DNA of 62,019 bases, counting the filler, from a candidate division TA06 bacterium SM23_40 (GTDB taxonomy: Bacteria > LJUI01 > SM1-40), in assembly GCA_001303705.1 (NCBI GenBank). It is 3 parts of 3 records of this genome, joined end to end, with 100 filler letters (N's around TTAATTAATTAA, not from the genome) between each part and the next. Parts side by side here need not be neighbours in the genome. Positions count along the whole stretch, not along the records: positions 18,851 to 44,816 come from LJUI01000044.1; 2 more parts are not named here. One strand, given 5' to 3'. Below the pieces are notes generated by a model. The model saw only the letters and a program-made list of their open reading frames with translations. It was not told the origin of the DNA and did no database searches. The translations under genes were made by a program, and so were the position numbers. This document shows, in pieces, positions 32,959-42,465 of the stretch (positions are counted from its first letter, which is position 1; each line of letters opens with the position of its first letter).

Positions 32959-34278
32959 TCATTGCCGGGTATCCAACTTCATGAACTCAAACGAGTCGCT
33001 GTCCCAGACCTCACCGGGATAGACGCCGATGAAGGCGGTGTAGGTATAGATGCCAGGCGGAGCGAACGCCGGGACACTCTGCGTCCGGTCACGGCTCACC
33101 ATCCCGCCGCCCGGAAGGGTCACCTGGACCGGCCCCTGGACCGGGCCATACGGCATTCCGCCGGGGAGCGTGGCCATGACCCAGGCATCGAAGGTCTGCG
33201 GGCTCGCTTCGTTATTCGTGATGACGACGTTGTACTCGAAGCTACCGCCGGAAGCCGGGATGACGATCGGTGCGCCGTACGGTGTCAGCGTGATGGTCAC
33301 ATCTGGCGGAGCCATGCCGCCGTTCATCGTATGCAGAATCGTTCCGTTCAGTCCTACACACCAGCCGATATTCTCATCCACGAAATGGACCCCGCTGAGA
33401 GAATTGGCCGTTCCGGAGACCTGAGGCATCGAGTTGGCTCCGCCGTCAGTGGTGTGCAGGATCGTGGCCTGGGTGGCGTCGCCTCCGACTGCCCAGCCAG
33501 TGCTGCCATCGGCGAAATGGACGCTCGCAAGCCACGTCAGAGTTCCCGAGTCCTGAGGATCCCAGTTGTCTCCGCCATTTGTGGTGTGCAGGATTACCCC
33601 GTCTCTTCCCACCACCCATCCCGTCGCGGGATCTGTGAGAAACACACCTCTGAATTGCATGAATCCGGAGAGCTGTTCGCTCCAGGTGTTCCCGCCATCG
33701 GTGGTGTACAGGATCGCGCCAGCGTCTCCTACCGCGCAGCCTGTGCTCGAATCTGCAAAATGGACTCCGTGAAGAGGGCTCTTATCGAACTCGTAGAACT
33801 GGGAATCCCAGCTGGCTCCTCCATTGGTGGTGTTGAGAATGAAGCGCGTCGGGGGGGTATACGTTTGCTCCTTCCCGCCTACTGCCCACCCTCTGAGCTC
33901 GTCAGCGAAGAAGACATCCCACAGGGTATACGAAGTACCCGATGGTTGATCGTACCAGTTGTCTCCGCTGTCCGTGGTGCGGATGATCTTGCCCGCACTT
34001 CCTACCGCCCAGCCCATCTGGGTGTCGACAAAATGGACACCCGTGAGCCACGAGGAGGGAGGAGCATTCTGTGGAAGCCATTCGGCTCCGCCATCTGTAG
34101 TGCGCAGAACCGTTGTGCTCAAACCGACAGCCCAGGCGGTGTCAGCACTCGCACCATGGACATCGAAGAGGTAGAGCGTAGTTCCTGAGTTCTGAGGATA
34201 CCATCCGCCCTGACCATAGGCAACGCCGAGAGCTCCCGTCAGGATCAGACCGAAGATGGCCAGACTCTTCCTGTTCAT
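32959..34278 (-). CDS. Secreted YCF48-like BNR beta-propeller with shared C-terminal domain
   Basis: Signal peptide; seven VHF.D...GWAVG..G.I..TTDGG..W repeats. Confidence 0.85.
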   Translation of the reverse strand: MNRKSLAIFGLILTGALGVAYGQGGWYPQNSGTTLYLFDVHGASADTAWAVGLSTTVLRTTDGGAEWLPQNAPPSSWLTGVHFVDTQMGWAVGSAGKIIRTTDSGDNWYDQPSGTSYTLWDVFFADELRGWAVGGKEQTYTPPTRFILNTTNGGASWDSQFYEFDKSPLHGVHFADSSTGCAVGDAGAILYTTDGGNTWSEQLSGFMQFRGVFLTDPATGWVVGRDGVILHTTNGGDNWDPQDSGTLTWLASVHFADGSTGWAVGGDATQATILHTTDGGANSMPQVSGTANSLSGVHFVDENIGWCVGLNGTILHTMNGGMAPPDVTITLTPYGAPIVIPASGGSFEYNVVITNNEASPQTFDAWVMATLPGGMPYGPVQGPVQVTLPGGGMVSRDRTQSVPAFAPPGIYTYTAFIGVYPGEVWDSDSFEFMKLDTRQ

Positions 34279-34794
34279 AGCTCACCTCTCTCAGGGCCGG
34301 CGGCCCTGTTTCCCGCACCCCGCTCACACGCGCGCTCAACACGTTTCCTCCCGCCGCGGAACGAAGATGCAATCAATAGGCCAAACCATGGAGGCATCGG
34401 AAGGTACCCTTCTGTGTGCTCGATTTCCTACCGGCCTCCAACCTCACAGATCGGGAGGGCCGGATCCCCGATCTCATCAATCTCGACGCACGAAACTGAA
34501 GCACTAGCACAGGTGCCCGGCGGCGCGGATAATCGACCTCCGGCGACCTCACGCTCGCGCGAGGCGCCTCGTCGCCACAGCCAGCCGCAGGACCTCACAC
34601 AGCACCCTAGGGCAAGCCGCCATCCGGAGAGGGCGACCAGAACTGTATAGTAGAAGACCGGGGGCCGTGCGCGGGTGTTCGATAATATGCAACACCTCAC
34701 GTCCGGGCGAGGTTCCCGGTTGAGATAGGGCTCCAGGGGATGGCCACGCGGAATTGGCATTCTCGGTCCGCAGCGTCACGGAGCCAATTGTCCC

Positions 34795-34823
34795 TTGACC
34801 ACGGCTTCCAAATGGTGTACCCT
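34795..34823 (+). promoter_or_regulatory. Putative sigma70 promoter
   Basis: TTGACC-N17-TACCCT upstream of 34883. Confidence 0.45.
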
Positions 34824-34882
34824 CAAAGGCGAGGTGGATGACTGGAAGAAGGGGGAAGAAGAATAAGAGGAAGGGGAACGCC

Positions 34883-36556
34883 ATGAAGAACTACGCACTA
34901 TTGCCAGTCCTGGCCGCAGCCGCGATGACCGCACTCGCCACTTGGGGTGTGGGCCTCGCCGGCGAGGCTGCCCTCAGCCCACTCCCGCAGGAGCAGGTGG
35001 AAGAAGCCTATCCACGTGTACCCACGGTCTTCCTCGAGCCGCATCCAGGGCCTGCCGGCCCGTCCCTGCAGCGCTCAACGACGGCCGGCTGGGTAAACAT
35101 CCTCATCAACAAGGACGCCACACAGCAGGTGCAGAATGAACAACAGGTGGCTGTCAATCCTCTTGATCCTGATAACCTCGTCGCGGTGTGGCGCGACTTC
35201 AGATTCGGATACCGCAGGGTGGGCTACGGATACAGTTTCGATGGAGGCCTCACCTGGGGTGAGGGCCTGTTCGAGGAGCCGACCTGGCCCTGGCATAGCG
35301 ATCCGGGCGTCACAGTCGATGCCGACGGCAACTTCCATGCTGTAATCCTCTCCTATAATCAGAGCGCGAATACGAACGGGCTCTTCATCTTCACTTCAAC
35401 CGATGGCGGAGTGACCTGGGGCGATCCGGTGACGGTCGTCAATGGCGTGCCGAATGTCTTCGAGGACAAGGAACTGATGGCATGCGACAGGACAGATGGT
35501 CCCCACAGCGGGAACCTCTATGTAGCATGGACGCGGTTCTATACGACGAGGATCCTGATGGCCCGATCCATCGATGGAGGCCAGTCGTTCCTCGATCCCA
35601 TTCAGGTGAGTGATGGAACCGGCGTCCAGTGGCCGGTCCCTCTTGTAGGAACAGATGGAGAGGTATATGTCGCCTGGGTCGATTACTCTCCTGATCGCAT
35701 CGCACTCGACGTCTCCTATGACGGCGGCGCGACGTTCGGAACGGACAAGGTCGTTACGGATGTGGAGCTCGGTGACGGGTACATCAATGGCGACATCTGG
35801 ATCTTCTCGTATCCGGCTATGGACGCCGATATCACAGGCGGCCAGTACGACGGGCGGCTGTACGTAGCCTATGCTGACTATGGTCCGTCCTGGGACGTGG
35901 ACATCTTCTTCCGGTACTCTACCGACGGGGGGACGAACTGGAGCGCTGCTCATCGATTGAACGATGACCCTGTCGCAAACGGGTGCGACCAGTTCCATCC
36001 CTGGCTGACTGTCGACGAGACAGGCACCGTGAGCGTCGTCTGGCTCGACCGCCGCAATGACCCCTACAACCTGTGGATGGACTGCTATGTCACTCAGTCG
36101 ACGAACGGCGGCCTGGACTGGTGTCCGAACGTCAGGGTCTCAACCGTTTCCTCTGATCCCACGGCCGGGCAGCTCGATGCAGGTCTGCTCGGCGAGTACA
36201 TCGGGCTCGCCGCAGTCGAGGGAAGAATGAACCCCGTCTGGACCGACACGAGGCGGGGACATCAGGACGTCTTCACGTCGCGCCTCTTCCTGAACGCCGA
36301 CGTGACCGTCGAGCTCACGCCCGATACCACGACCGTTCCTCAGGGAGAAGTCCTCGGGTACGACGTCACGATAGAGAATCAGACTGCCGAGCCGAAGACG
36401 GTATGGGGGCGAGCGATCGTCTTGATGCCCGATGGGTCGCCGTACCAGGGGAACCCGGTCGTCGAACCCAAGGCCGTTCAGGCGGGAACACCCCCTGACG
36501 ACATCATCTATGAGAGCTCGTTCGAGGTCGAGATCGTCTCGGCCGACGGCCGGTGA
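34883..36556 (+). CDS. Secreted sialidase-like Asp-box (BNR) protein with internally shortened shared C-terminal domain
   Basis: Signal peptide; SFDGGLTW, STDGGVTW, SIDGGQSF, SYDGGATF, STDGGTNW, STNGGLDW. Confidence 0.8.
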   Translation: MKNYALLPVLAAAAMTALATWGVGLAGEAALSPLPQEQVEEAYPRVPTVFLEPHPGPAGPSLQRSTTAGWVNILINKDATQQVQNEQQVAVNPLDPDNLVAVWRDFRFGYRRVGYGYSFDGGLTWGEGLFEEPTWPWHSDPGVTVDADGNFHAVILSYNQSANTNGLFIFTSTDGGVTWGDPVTVVNGVPNVFEDKELMACDRTDGPHSGNLYVAWTRFYTTRILMARSIDGGQSFLDPIQVSDGTGVQWPVPLVGTDGEVYVAWVDYSPDRIALDVSYDGGATFGTDKVVTDVELGDGYINGDIWIFSYPAMDADITGGQYDGRLYVAYADYGPSWDVDIFFRYSTDGGTNWSAAHRLNDDPVANGCDQFHPWLTVDETGTVSVVWLDRRNDPYNLWMDCYVTQSTNGGLDWCPNVRVSTVSSDPTAGQLDAGLLGEYIGLAAVEGRMNPVWTDTRRGHQDVFTSRLFLNADVTVELTPDTTTVPQGEVLGYDVTIENQTAEPKTVWGRAIVLMPDGSPYQGNPVVEPKAVQAGTPPDDIIYESSFEVEIVSADGR

Positions 36557-36775
36557 GAAGGCCGCTCGTCGATACGAGGCCCTGCGGAGAACGTACATCG
36601 GGCCCGACATGAAGGCGCCGTGGCGGCCAAAAGGAATGTCCTGGCGTGTGGGCGATCGCCTGACGCGGATGCAGTCACTTGGTGTCGTGTGCAGCCGGAC
36701 CATCTCGTAGTGCATCGACCATCGATGGGGGACCGAACCTCCTCATAGTCGAATCGACCATGGAGGGAGAACAGA

Positions 36776-37240
36776 ATGAAGACCAGCCAGCCGGAAAAGC
36801 TCCTGCTCGTCATCCTCTCTCTGCTCGTCATCCTCGGATGCGCGCCCTCTCGGCACCGATACAGAAAGGCTCCCGAAGCGTCGGTGACTGTCGAGATAAC
36901 CAACGTCGACCACGTCCGCGCGCATGCCGCCGCGGAGGAGTTTCTCAACGCCTGGGTGAACCGGGACGAGGAGAAAGGACTGAGCTTGCTCGCGACACGT
37001 GTGAGGGCCCTCTACGCAGAGGAGGACCTGAGAGCATACATCTCCGGGGAAGATGACCCCCGGCATCACTCGTATTCGATCGGCCAGGCAGAGACCCTGC
37101 CCGACGGGCGCATTCGCATCGAGGTCGAGTTAGCCCACCTCAATCTCGAGGCCAATTGGAAGGTGCTGTGGCAGAGAGAGGCTCACATCACCATGGAGAA
37201 AGATGCGGGAGGACGCTGGCTGGTCAGTGAGTTGCCGTAG
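36776..37240 (+). CDS. Hypothetical lipoprotein
   Basis: GGAGGG SD; ILGC lipobox; ends GGRWLVSELP. Confidence 0.65.
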   Translation: MKTSQPEKLLLVILSLLVILGCAPSRHRYRKAPEASVTVEITNVDHVRAHAAAEEFLNAWVNRDEEKGLSLLATRVRALYAEEDLRAYISGEDDPRHHSYSIGQAETLPDGRIRIEVELAHLNLEANWKVLWQREAHITMEKDAGGRWLVSELP

Positions 37241-37278
37241 GAGAAGAACGGGCAGGAGAGATCGCGAACCATACAACG

Positions 37279-37301
37279 AAGGGCGCCGCTCGGGCGCCCT
37301 T
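37279..37301. terminator. Hairpin between convergent genes
   Basis: AAGGGCGCC-GCTCG-GGCGCCCTT. Confidence 0.5.
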
Positions 37302-37335
37302 GCCGTATTATCCGTCTCGGGAATGTTGGCATCCC

Positions 37336-38406
37336 TTAACGCATCATTCTCCGTCCAAATGTCAGGACGAAGAGTGCGATCATGAACGCCCCGGCGAACG
37401 CCTCCATCATGGCCACATACCTGGCCCATGACGTGGCATCTGGATGCCAGTCGCCGTATCCGACGGTCGTGAACGTGATGACACTGAAGTACAGGTAGTC
37501 GAGGAAGCCCGCCCTGCCCTCGGGTACGGCTCCATCCGAACTCGGACTCACTCCCCCCGATATCCAGTACAGGAGCCCACAGAGGACGATGAATGCGACG
37601 GCGATGCCGATCACACGGAGGGGGCGCTCGCCGTATCCGCAACTGATGTCGAAGAAGAGAAGTTCGAGCCACCTCCGGGGGTCCTTGGTGGATTTCGCCT
37701 GCCGTTGGTACCGTCGTTCGCGGAGATAGTACTCGCCCGCCCCTCCGTAGTCACCGGCCTCCTGTGCCCGTGTCTTCGCCATTCTGCACGCATCCGCACC
37801 GGCACTCGGCCAGGCGAACATCGTTCCCACCAGGTCGAGTTCCTGGAGGAATCGTGCACGATTGAGCTGCGCAGCTCGATGGAATTCGACATCCCGAAAT
37901 GAGGCGGTGCCACGGAAGGTAGCGCGGGGATAGAGAACCGATCCGTAGAAGACGGCGCGGTCGAACGAGGCTGCCCGGAAGTTCGATCTGGCGAATCCGG
38001 CCGTTCCCCTGAACGTAGCTCCCTCGAAGGAGGTCTCCAGCCAGTCGAATGTCGCATCGAGAAACCAGACGTCCCCTTCGAACCTCGCCTCGTCGAACCA
38101 GACCCCGCGCTCGAATCGCGCCCCGAGGAATCGAGCGTCTCCGAGGAAGGTCGCGCCCCGGAACGAAGCATCCCAGCGAAAGGTGACTCCCTCGAACCCG
38201 GAGAACCCGGCGGGAAAGACACATCCGTCGAAGTGGTAGTCCGCCAGCTCTATTTTGCAGCGGACGGCGGCCTCGAATGCAGCGAGAGGCTTGGACAGAG
38301 TTGGATCGTGGAGGATGCAGAACCCCTCCTTCGATCCCTCCCATGCGGGCTCCTTGCACTCTCGCAGGTGTCTTGGATCTTTATGCTGACACCGCTCCAC
38401 GCTCAC
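37336..38406 (-). CDS. Pentapeptide-repeat protein fused to a two-TM potassium-channel pore
   Basis: A.F.GA.F.G.A.F repeats; GYGERP; YFSVITFTTVGYGD selectivity filter. Confidence 0.85.
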   Translation of the reverse strand: MSVERCQHKDPRHLRECKEPAWEGSKEGFCILHDPTLSKPLAAFEAAVRCKIELADYHFDGCVFPAGFSGFEGVTFRWDASFRGATFLGDARFLGARFERGVWFDEARFEGDVWFLDATFDWLETSFEGATFRGTAGFARSNFRAASFDRAVFYGSVLYPRATFRGTASFRDVEFHRAAQLNRARFLQELDLVGTMFAWPSAGADACRMAKTRAQEAGDYGGAGEYYLRERRYQRQAKSTKDPRRWLELLFFDISCGYGERPLRVIGIAVAFIVLCGLLYWISGGVSPSSDGAVPEGRAGFLDYLYFSVITFTTVGYGDWHPDATSWARYVAMMEAFAGAFMIALFVLTFGRRMMR

Positions 38407-38523
38407 ACTCCGGAACAGTCCGATCGCTAACTCGAACGCAAGATGGCCGCTCTATCCGGAGGCGACTCGCCTGATACCTACGGGTCGCTCCTCGGGGCTC
38501 TAATCGTCTCAACGACGGGGGAC

Positions 38524-38552
38524 ATTCTATCTGATGGGCACGAACCTGTCAA
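38524..38552 (-). promoter_or_regulatory. Near-consensus sigma70 promoter for the channel gene
   Basis: Minus strand TTGACA-N17-TAGAAT. Confidence 0.65.
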
Positions 38553-38618
38553 GGAGGGCAATCGCTCCTCCAAGCCATAGCTGCCAACGCGTTGTGGTCG
38601 GCCGATGGCAGGACTGCC

Positions 38619-39338
38619 TCAAGGCGAAGTGTCCGTTCTGTCGGGCCAGTGTCCACTACGGCGCAGTATCTGGAGAGTCTTCGGCCCGCAGTTGAGGAGA
38701 AGGTCGATGAGCGAGAGGTTGGAGATGAAGTCGCCCCACAGTTGAGGGTAGATAGGTGGAGCGTACGAGAGATAGTGAAGCGCGATGCCCCGTTCTGAGA
38801 AGATCTGTTCATTCAGGTATGGATGTGCCCGCCTGCTGACGGCAAACGTATCCGCGCCCGCCTTCTCGCACATCCGCACGAGGAGCTCGGAACCCCTGCC
38901 GTAGGCCCCGAACTCCGATCCCAACCGAAAGGGAGTGACAACGCCGACCTGATCCCGCAGGTAGTGGAGTGCCTCGAGATTCAGGTCGAGGAGGCGAGTC
39001 CACTGACGCCCGTACAGCCGTTCGAAGAATGGCATGTGCTCGCCGAAGTACGGGGCGTTCGAATATGCATGTTCGATGCTCGCCAGGTGCTTGTGCCGCC
39101 AGATCCGGTCCTCGGCGATCTCCACATCCTTTATCAGCTGGAGACCACGGCCGGCGCGCCACACCGGCACGGCCAGCCAGCGCTGGCCGCCTGCCATCTT
39201 TATCCGATTGCGATAGACCCATGAGGTCCCGCGCGGGAACTGCACGTGGTCCAGGAGTAGGAAGAGATCGGCGTGAATAGCCTTATGGAAGAACCCGGGC
39301 CAGGGGAGATAGGTTGGCTGGTGGCAGGCCAGAATCAT
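38619..39338 (-). CDS. WbqC-family protein
   Basis: HQPTYLPWPGFFHK, DHVQF, NRNRI-like motif, YPQLWGDFISNLSLIDLL. Confidence 0.88.
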   Translation of the reverse strand: MILACHQPTYLPWPGFFHKAIHADLFLLLDHVQFPRGTSWVYRNRIKMAGGQRWLAVPVWRAGRGLQLIKDVEIAEDRIWRHKHLASIEHAYSNAPYFGEHMPFFERLYGRQWTRLLDLNLEALHYLRDQVGVVTPFRLGSEFGAYGRGSELLVRMCEKAGADTFAVSRRAHPYLNEQIFSERGIALHYLSYAPPIYPQLWGDFISNLSLIDLLLNCGPKTLQILRRSGHWPDRTDTSP

Positions 39339-39433
39339 CGGTGGCGAACTCCTCTCACTCACGGTGCCAGTACACGGTTCTACCACGCCTCCTGAGAGTA
39401 GGTCAAGGACGAACCGGCTGGCGCGGCGACAGG

Positions 39434-39755
39434 CTCTGACTCGGCGCCCGGTTTCGGAGTCGGCGTCGGCGCTCAGTTCGGCACCGCGCGCTTAGCTCCG
39501 CACCAGGCTCTCCTCTCGACATCATGCTCTCCGCTTGGCGCCCAGGTCTTGACCCGGCGACTGATCCCGATTGGACGCACGGCTCCCGAGCGGATGCTCA
39601 ACTCTGCACACAGCGCCCACCTCTCGAGGGGACGGCCAACTCTGAGCTCCCCGCTGAAGTCTGAACACGGCGCCCAGCTCTCGGGGCGGCGGCCGAATCT
39701 GAGCTCCGTGGCCAACTCTCGATGCGGTGCCTGAACCCGAGTTCCGCGCCTCTCC
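39434..39755. repeat. Degenerate 19-bp tandem array, ~17 units, with 57-bp higher-order repeat
   Basis: e.g. CTGCACACAGCGCCCACCT/CTCGAGGGGACGGCCAACT/CTGAGCTCCCCGCTGAAGT then CTGAACACGGCGCCCAGCT/CTCGGGGCGGCGGCCGAAT/CTGAGCTCCGTGGCCAACT. Confidence 0.7.
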
Positions 39756-39811
39756 GTCCGGTCTTAAGCCCGTCCGCTATGATAGTGGGTTCTCGCGCAC
39801 CTGAGCGGCCC

Positions 39812-39840
39812 TTGACGGGCACAATGTTGTCGTGTACCAT
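39812..39840 (+). promoter_or_regulatory. Putative sigma70 promoter
   Basis: TTGACG-N17-TACCAT upstream of 39892. Confidence 0.55.
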
Positions 39841-39891
39841 GGCGCTACATAGCCATACTACCAACCCCTTTCCCATCCCGGAGGAAGACCA

Positions 39892-42387
39892 ATGACCAGC
39901 GCCTGCCGATGTGCGATGGATCTTCTGCCGGACCGAACGGTCCGGTCCCCATGGCTCGCAGCTATCTCGGCCGGGGTCGCCCTGCTGTTAGTGCTCGCCT
40001 CGACACCCCGCATCGCAAGCGGTGAGGCGGAGCCTGCCCCAGAGGAGGCCGCCTCCTCGCTCCGGGAGCAGGCACGACGCATGTACCTCATGCCGCCCGA
40101 TGTGGTGCGCGACATCGAACCCAGGACCTATTTCGGAGCCTATCTGGAGCGAGTAGAGCCCGACAGCCTCATCCTTCCGGAGGGGGTGAGGTATGAGACC
40201 GGAGTCGGGATTGACCGCGTCGTCCCCGGATCGCCTGCCGAGGAGGCGGGATTCCGGGAGGGCGATATCATACTGAGCCTCGATCAAGAGAGATTCGGGG
40301 CCGATCCCGACGAGGCCGTGAATATCCTCTCGAAGCGGCTCAAGGAGAAGAAACCCGGCGACCGTATCCGCATCGAGTACCTGCGAGATGGACGAGTGCG
40401 CAGAGTATCCGCTCCCCTCGGGACGAGGCCGATCCTCGACATGCCGTCAAAACCTCACCCCGAACTGGCGAGCATCTTCCAGGGCCGCCGGGACCCTTCG
40501 ATGGCAGAGCGCGCTGTCGAGCAGTTCGACCTCCTCGAGGAATATGCCGAGGTCGCAAGCCAGACCGCGGCCGTGGCGGCAGTCGACTACAACCACCGTC
40601 AGGTCCTGCCCGAACGGCCGAACCCGTTCCGCCTGCAGGAAGTGACCTATCTCCTGCGCCGACCCACAGAGTTGGCTCTCGTCTCCGATGGAATCTGTCG
40701 GTCACTCGAGGACGAATTCAACACTGAGCAGCGCAACACAGCCGAACTCGTGATTCAGGCGGCGGGCCACCTGGATGAAACGGTACCCCGCCCTCCCTCG
40801 CCGCCGCGCGATCTGGGCCTGGATGGCCTCATCGGTGTGATGGAGAAATCCACCAGAATGATAGGCGAGGCGCTCGACGAGCTCACGCATGAAGAGATGG
40901 AGCTGGCCCACCGCCTTCTCCCCACGCTCCTCGACTATGAGGACGACTGGGAAGAGGCGCTGGAGGAGATCGAGGATGAAGGTGCGCGCAAGGCGGCGAT
41001 CGCAGAAAAGGAGGAGGAGCTTGCCACCCTGTTTCGTGCCGCGCTGCGCGCAGACCTCGGCCGCCTGTTCGGGGCTGCCGCATACCTCAGCCAGCTCTCC
41101 GATCCCCCTGCCGCAAACCGGATCCGGGCGACGCTGGCCGATTTCCCCGCAAAACCCTTCCCCCAGATTTACGAGCAATCATTCCTCGGGGACATCCGCC
41201 TCGTCCGCGAAACGGACTTCGGACTCGTCGTCATCGGCGGTCCAGGCACCTCGGTCTACCTCGCAGATGCGGCCCTCATCGTCGATCTCGGCGGCGATGA
41301 CTACTATGCCAACAACGCCGGCGGAAGCCGGCGCGAGAGCCCCTGCGCCCTTGTCCTCGATTTCGATGGGGATGATGTGTACGCCTGCGACTCGGCAATC
41401 TCGCAGGGAGCAGGTCTCCTCGGCGTGGGGATCCTCATCGACTACGAAGGGAACGACACATACTCGGCGAGGAACGATGCGCAGGCCGTCGGCCTGTTCG
41501 GCGTCGGCATGCTCATCGACCTCGCTGGTAACGACAGCTACAATGGTGATCAATTCGTGCAGGGAGGGGGAGTCATCGGCCTCGGTCTGCTGTGCGAGGG
41601 CGAGGGAACCGATACCTATCGGGCCCACTGCTTCTCGCAGGGATTCGGCTACGTCAAAGGGCTCGGACTGGTGCTGGAAGTCGATGGCGAGGATACGTAC
41701 TCTGCGGGCTGGAAGTACGCCGATTTCCGCATACCTGACCGGGCGTTCGACAGTATGTCGCAGGGATTCGGATTCGGCATGAGGCCGTGGGTTGTGGGCA
41801 CCGGAGCCGACGGGGGCATCGGGATACTGCTCGACAGTTCGGGACACGATGTGTACATGGGCGATTTCTTCTGTCAGGGATCGAGCTACTGGTACGCCCT
41901 CGGCATCCTCCTCGACCGGAGCGGAGCCGACCGGTACCTGTCCGGCAACTACTCACAGGGAGCGGGAATTCACCTCTCAGTGGGAGCTCTCATCGACGAG
42001 GAGGGAGACGACCAGTATACCTGCTACGACGCCCTCTGCCAGGGCGCAGCCCACGACTGGGCCGCCGGCCTCCTCCACGACGTATCGGGGAACGATCTGT
42101 ACGTCGGACACCACCTCGTGCAGGGCGGCTGCGGCACGGTCTCGATGGCGATACTCGCCGACGGTGGAGGCGACGATACCTATGTGGCCGGCGATGTCGC
42201 GCAGAGCCAGGGAGCCGGAGTATGGCGTGACATCCGCGAGTATGGATCGATCGGTATGCTCATCGACGGCGGCGGGGAGGACACGTATTCCGATGCACGC
42301 ATCTCCAACGGCGCGACGATCACGAAAGAGACCTGGGGGATCGTCATCGACAGCGATACGGCCTCAGGCGACGCGTATGCGGAGTGA
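39892..42387 (+). CDS. Exported PDZ-domain protein with C-terminal G-x-G-x-L-x-D-x-x-G-x-D-x-Y repeats
   Basis: GGAGG SD; hydrophobic leader; VVPGSPAEEAGFREGDII PDZ motif; about 12 D..G.D.Y repeats. Confidence 0.75.
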   Translation: MTSACRCAMDLLPDRTVRSPWLAAISAGVALLLVLASTPRIASGEAEPAPEEAASSLREQARRMYLMPPDVVRDIEPRTYFGAYLERVEPDSLILPEGVRYETGVGIDRVVPGSPAEEAGFREGDIILSLDQERFGADPDEAVNILSKRLKEKKPGDRIRIEYLRDGRVRRVSAPLGTRPILDMPSKPHPELASIFQGRRDPSMAERAVEQFDLLEEYAEVASQTAAVAAVDYNHRQVLPERPNPFRLQEVTYLLRRPTELALVSDGICRSLEDEFNTEQRNTAELVIQAAGHLDETVPRPPSPPRDLGLDGLIGVMEKSTRMIGEALDELTHEEMELAHRLLPTLLDYEDDWEEALEEIEDEGARKAAIAEKEEELATLFRAALRADLGRLFGAAAYLSQLSDPPAANRIRATLADFPAKPFPQIYEQSFLGDIRLVRETDFGLVVIGGPGTSVYLADAALIVDLGGDDYYANNAGGSRRESPCALVLDFDGDDVYACDSAISQGAGLLGVGILIDYEGNDTYSARNDAQAVGLFGVGMLIDLAGNDSYNGDQFVQGGGVIGLGLLCEGEGTDTYRAHCFSQGFGYVKGLGLVLEVDGEDTYSAGWKYADFRIPDRAFDSMSQGFGFGMRPWVVGTGADGGIGILLDSSGHDVYMGDFFCQGSSYWYALGILLDRSGADRYLSGNYSQGAGIHLSVGALIDEEGDDQYTCYDALCQGAAHDWAAGLLHDVSGNDLYVGHHLVQGGCGTVSMAILADGGGDDTYVAGDVAQSQGAGVWRDIREYGSIGMLIDGGGEDTYSDARISNGATITKETWGIVIDSDTASGDAYAE

Positions 42388-42465
42388 GGTGATCGCTACG
42401 CATCCCGCCGCACATCTCAGCCCTCAGCCCGGGTGACGCGTATTCAGGGCGCGAGCGCCCATTCG

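Noticed and set aside
34441-34700. Four ACCTCAC heptamers in a divergent intergenic region
   Set aside because: Irregular spacing and a short motif; significance cannot be shown by eye.
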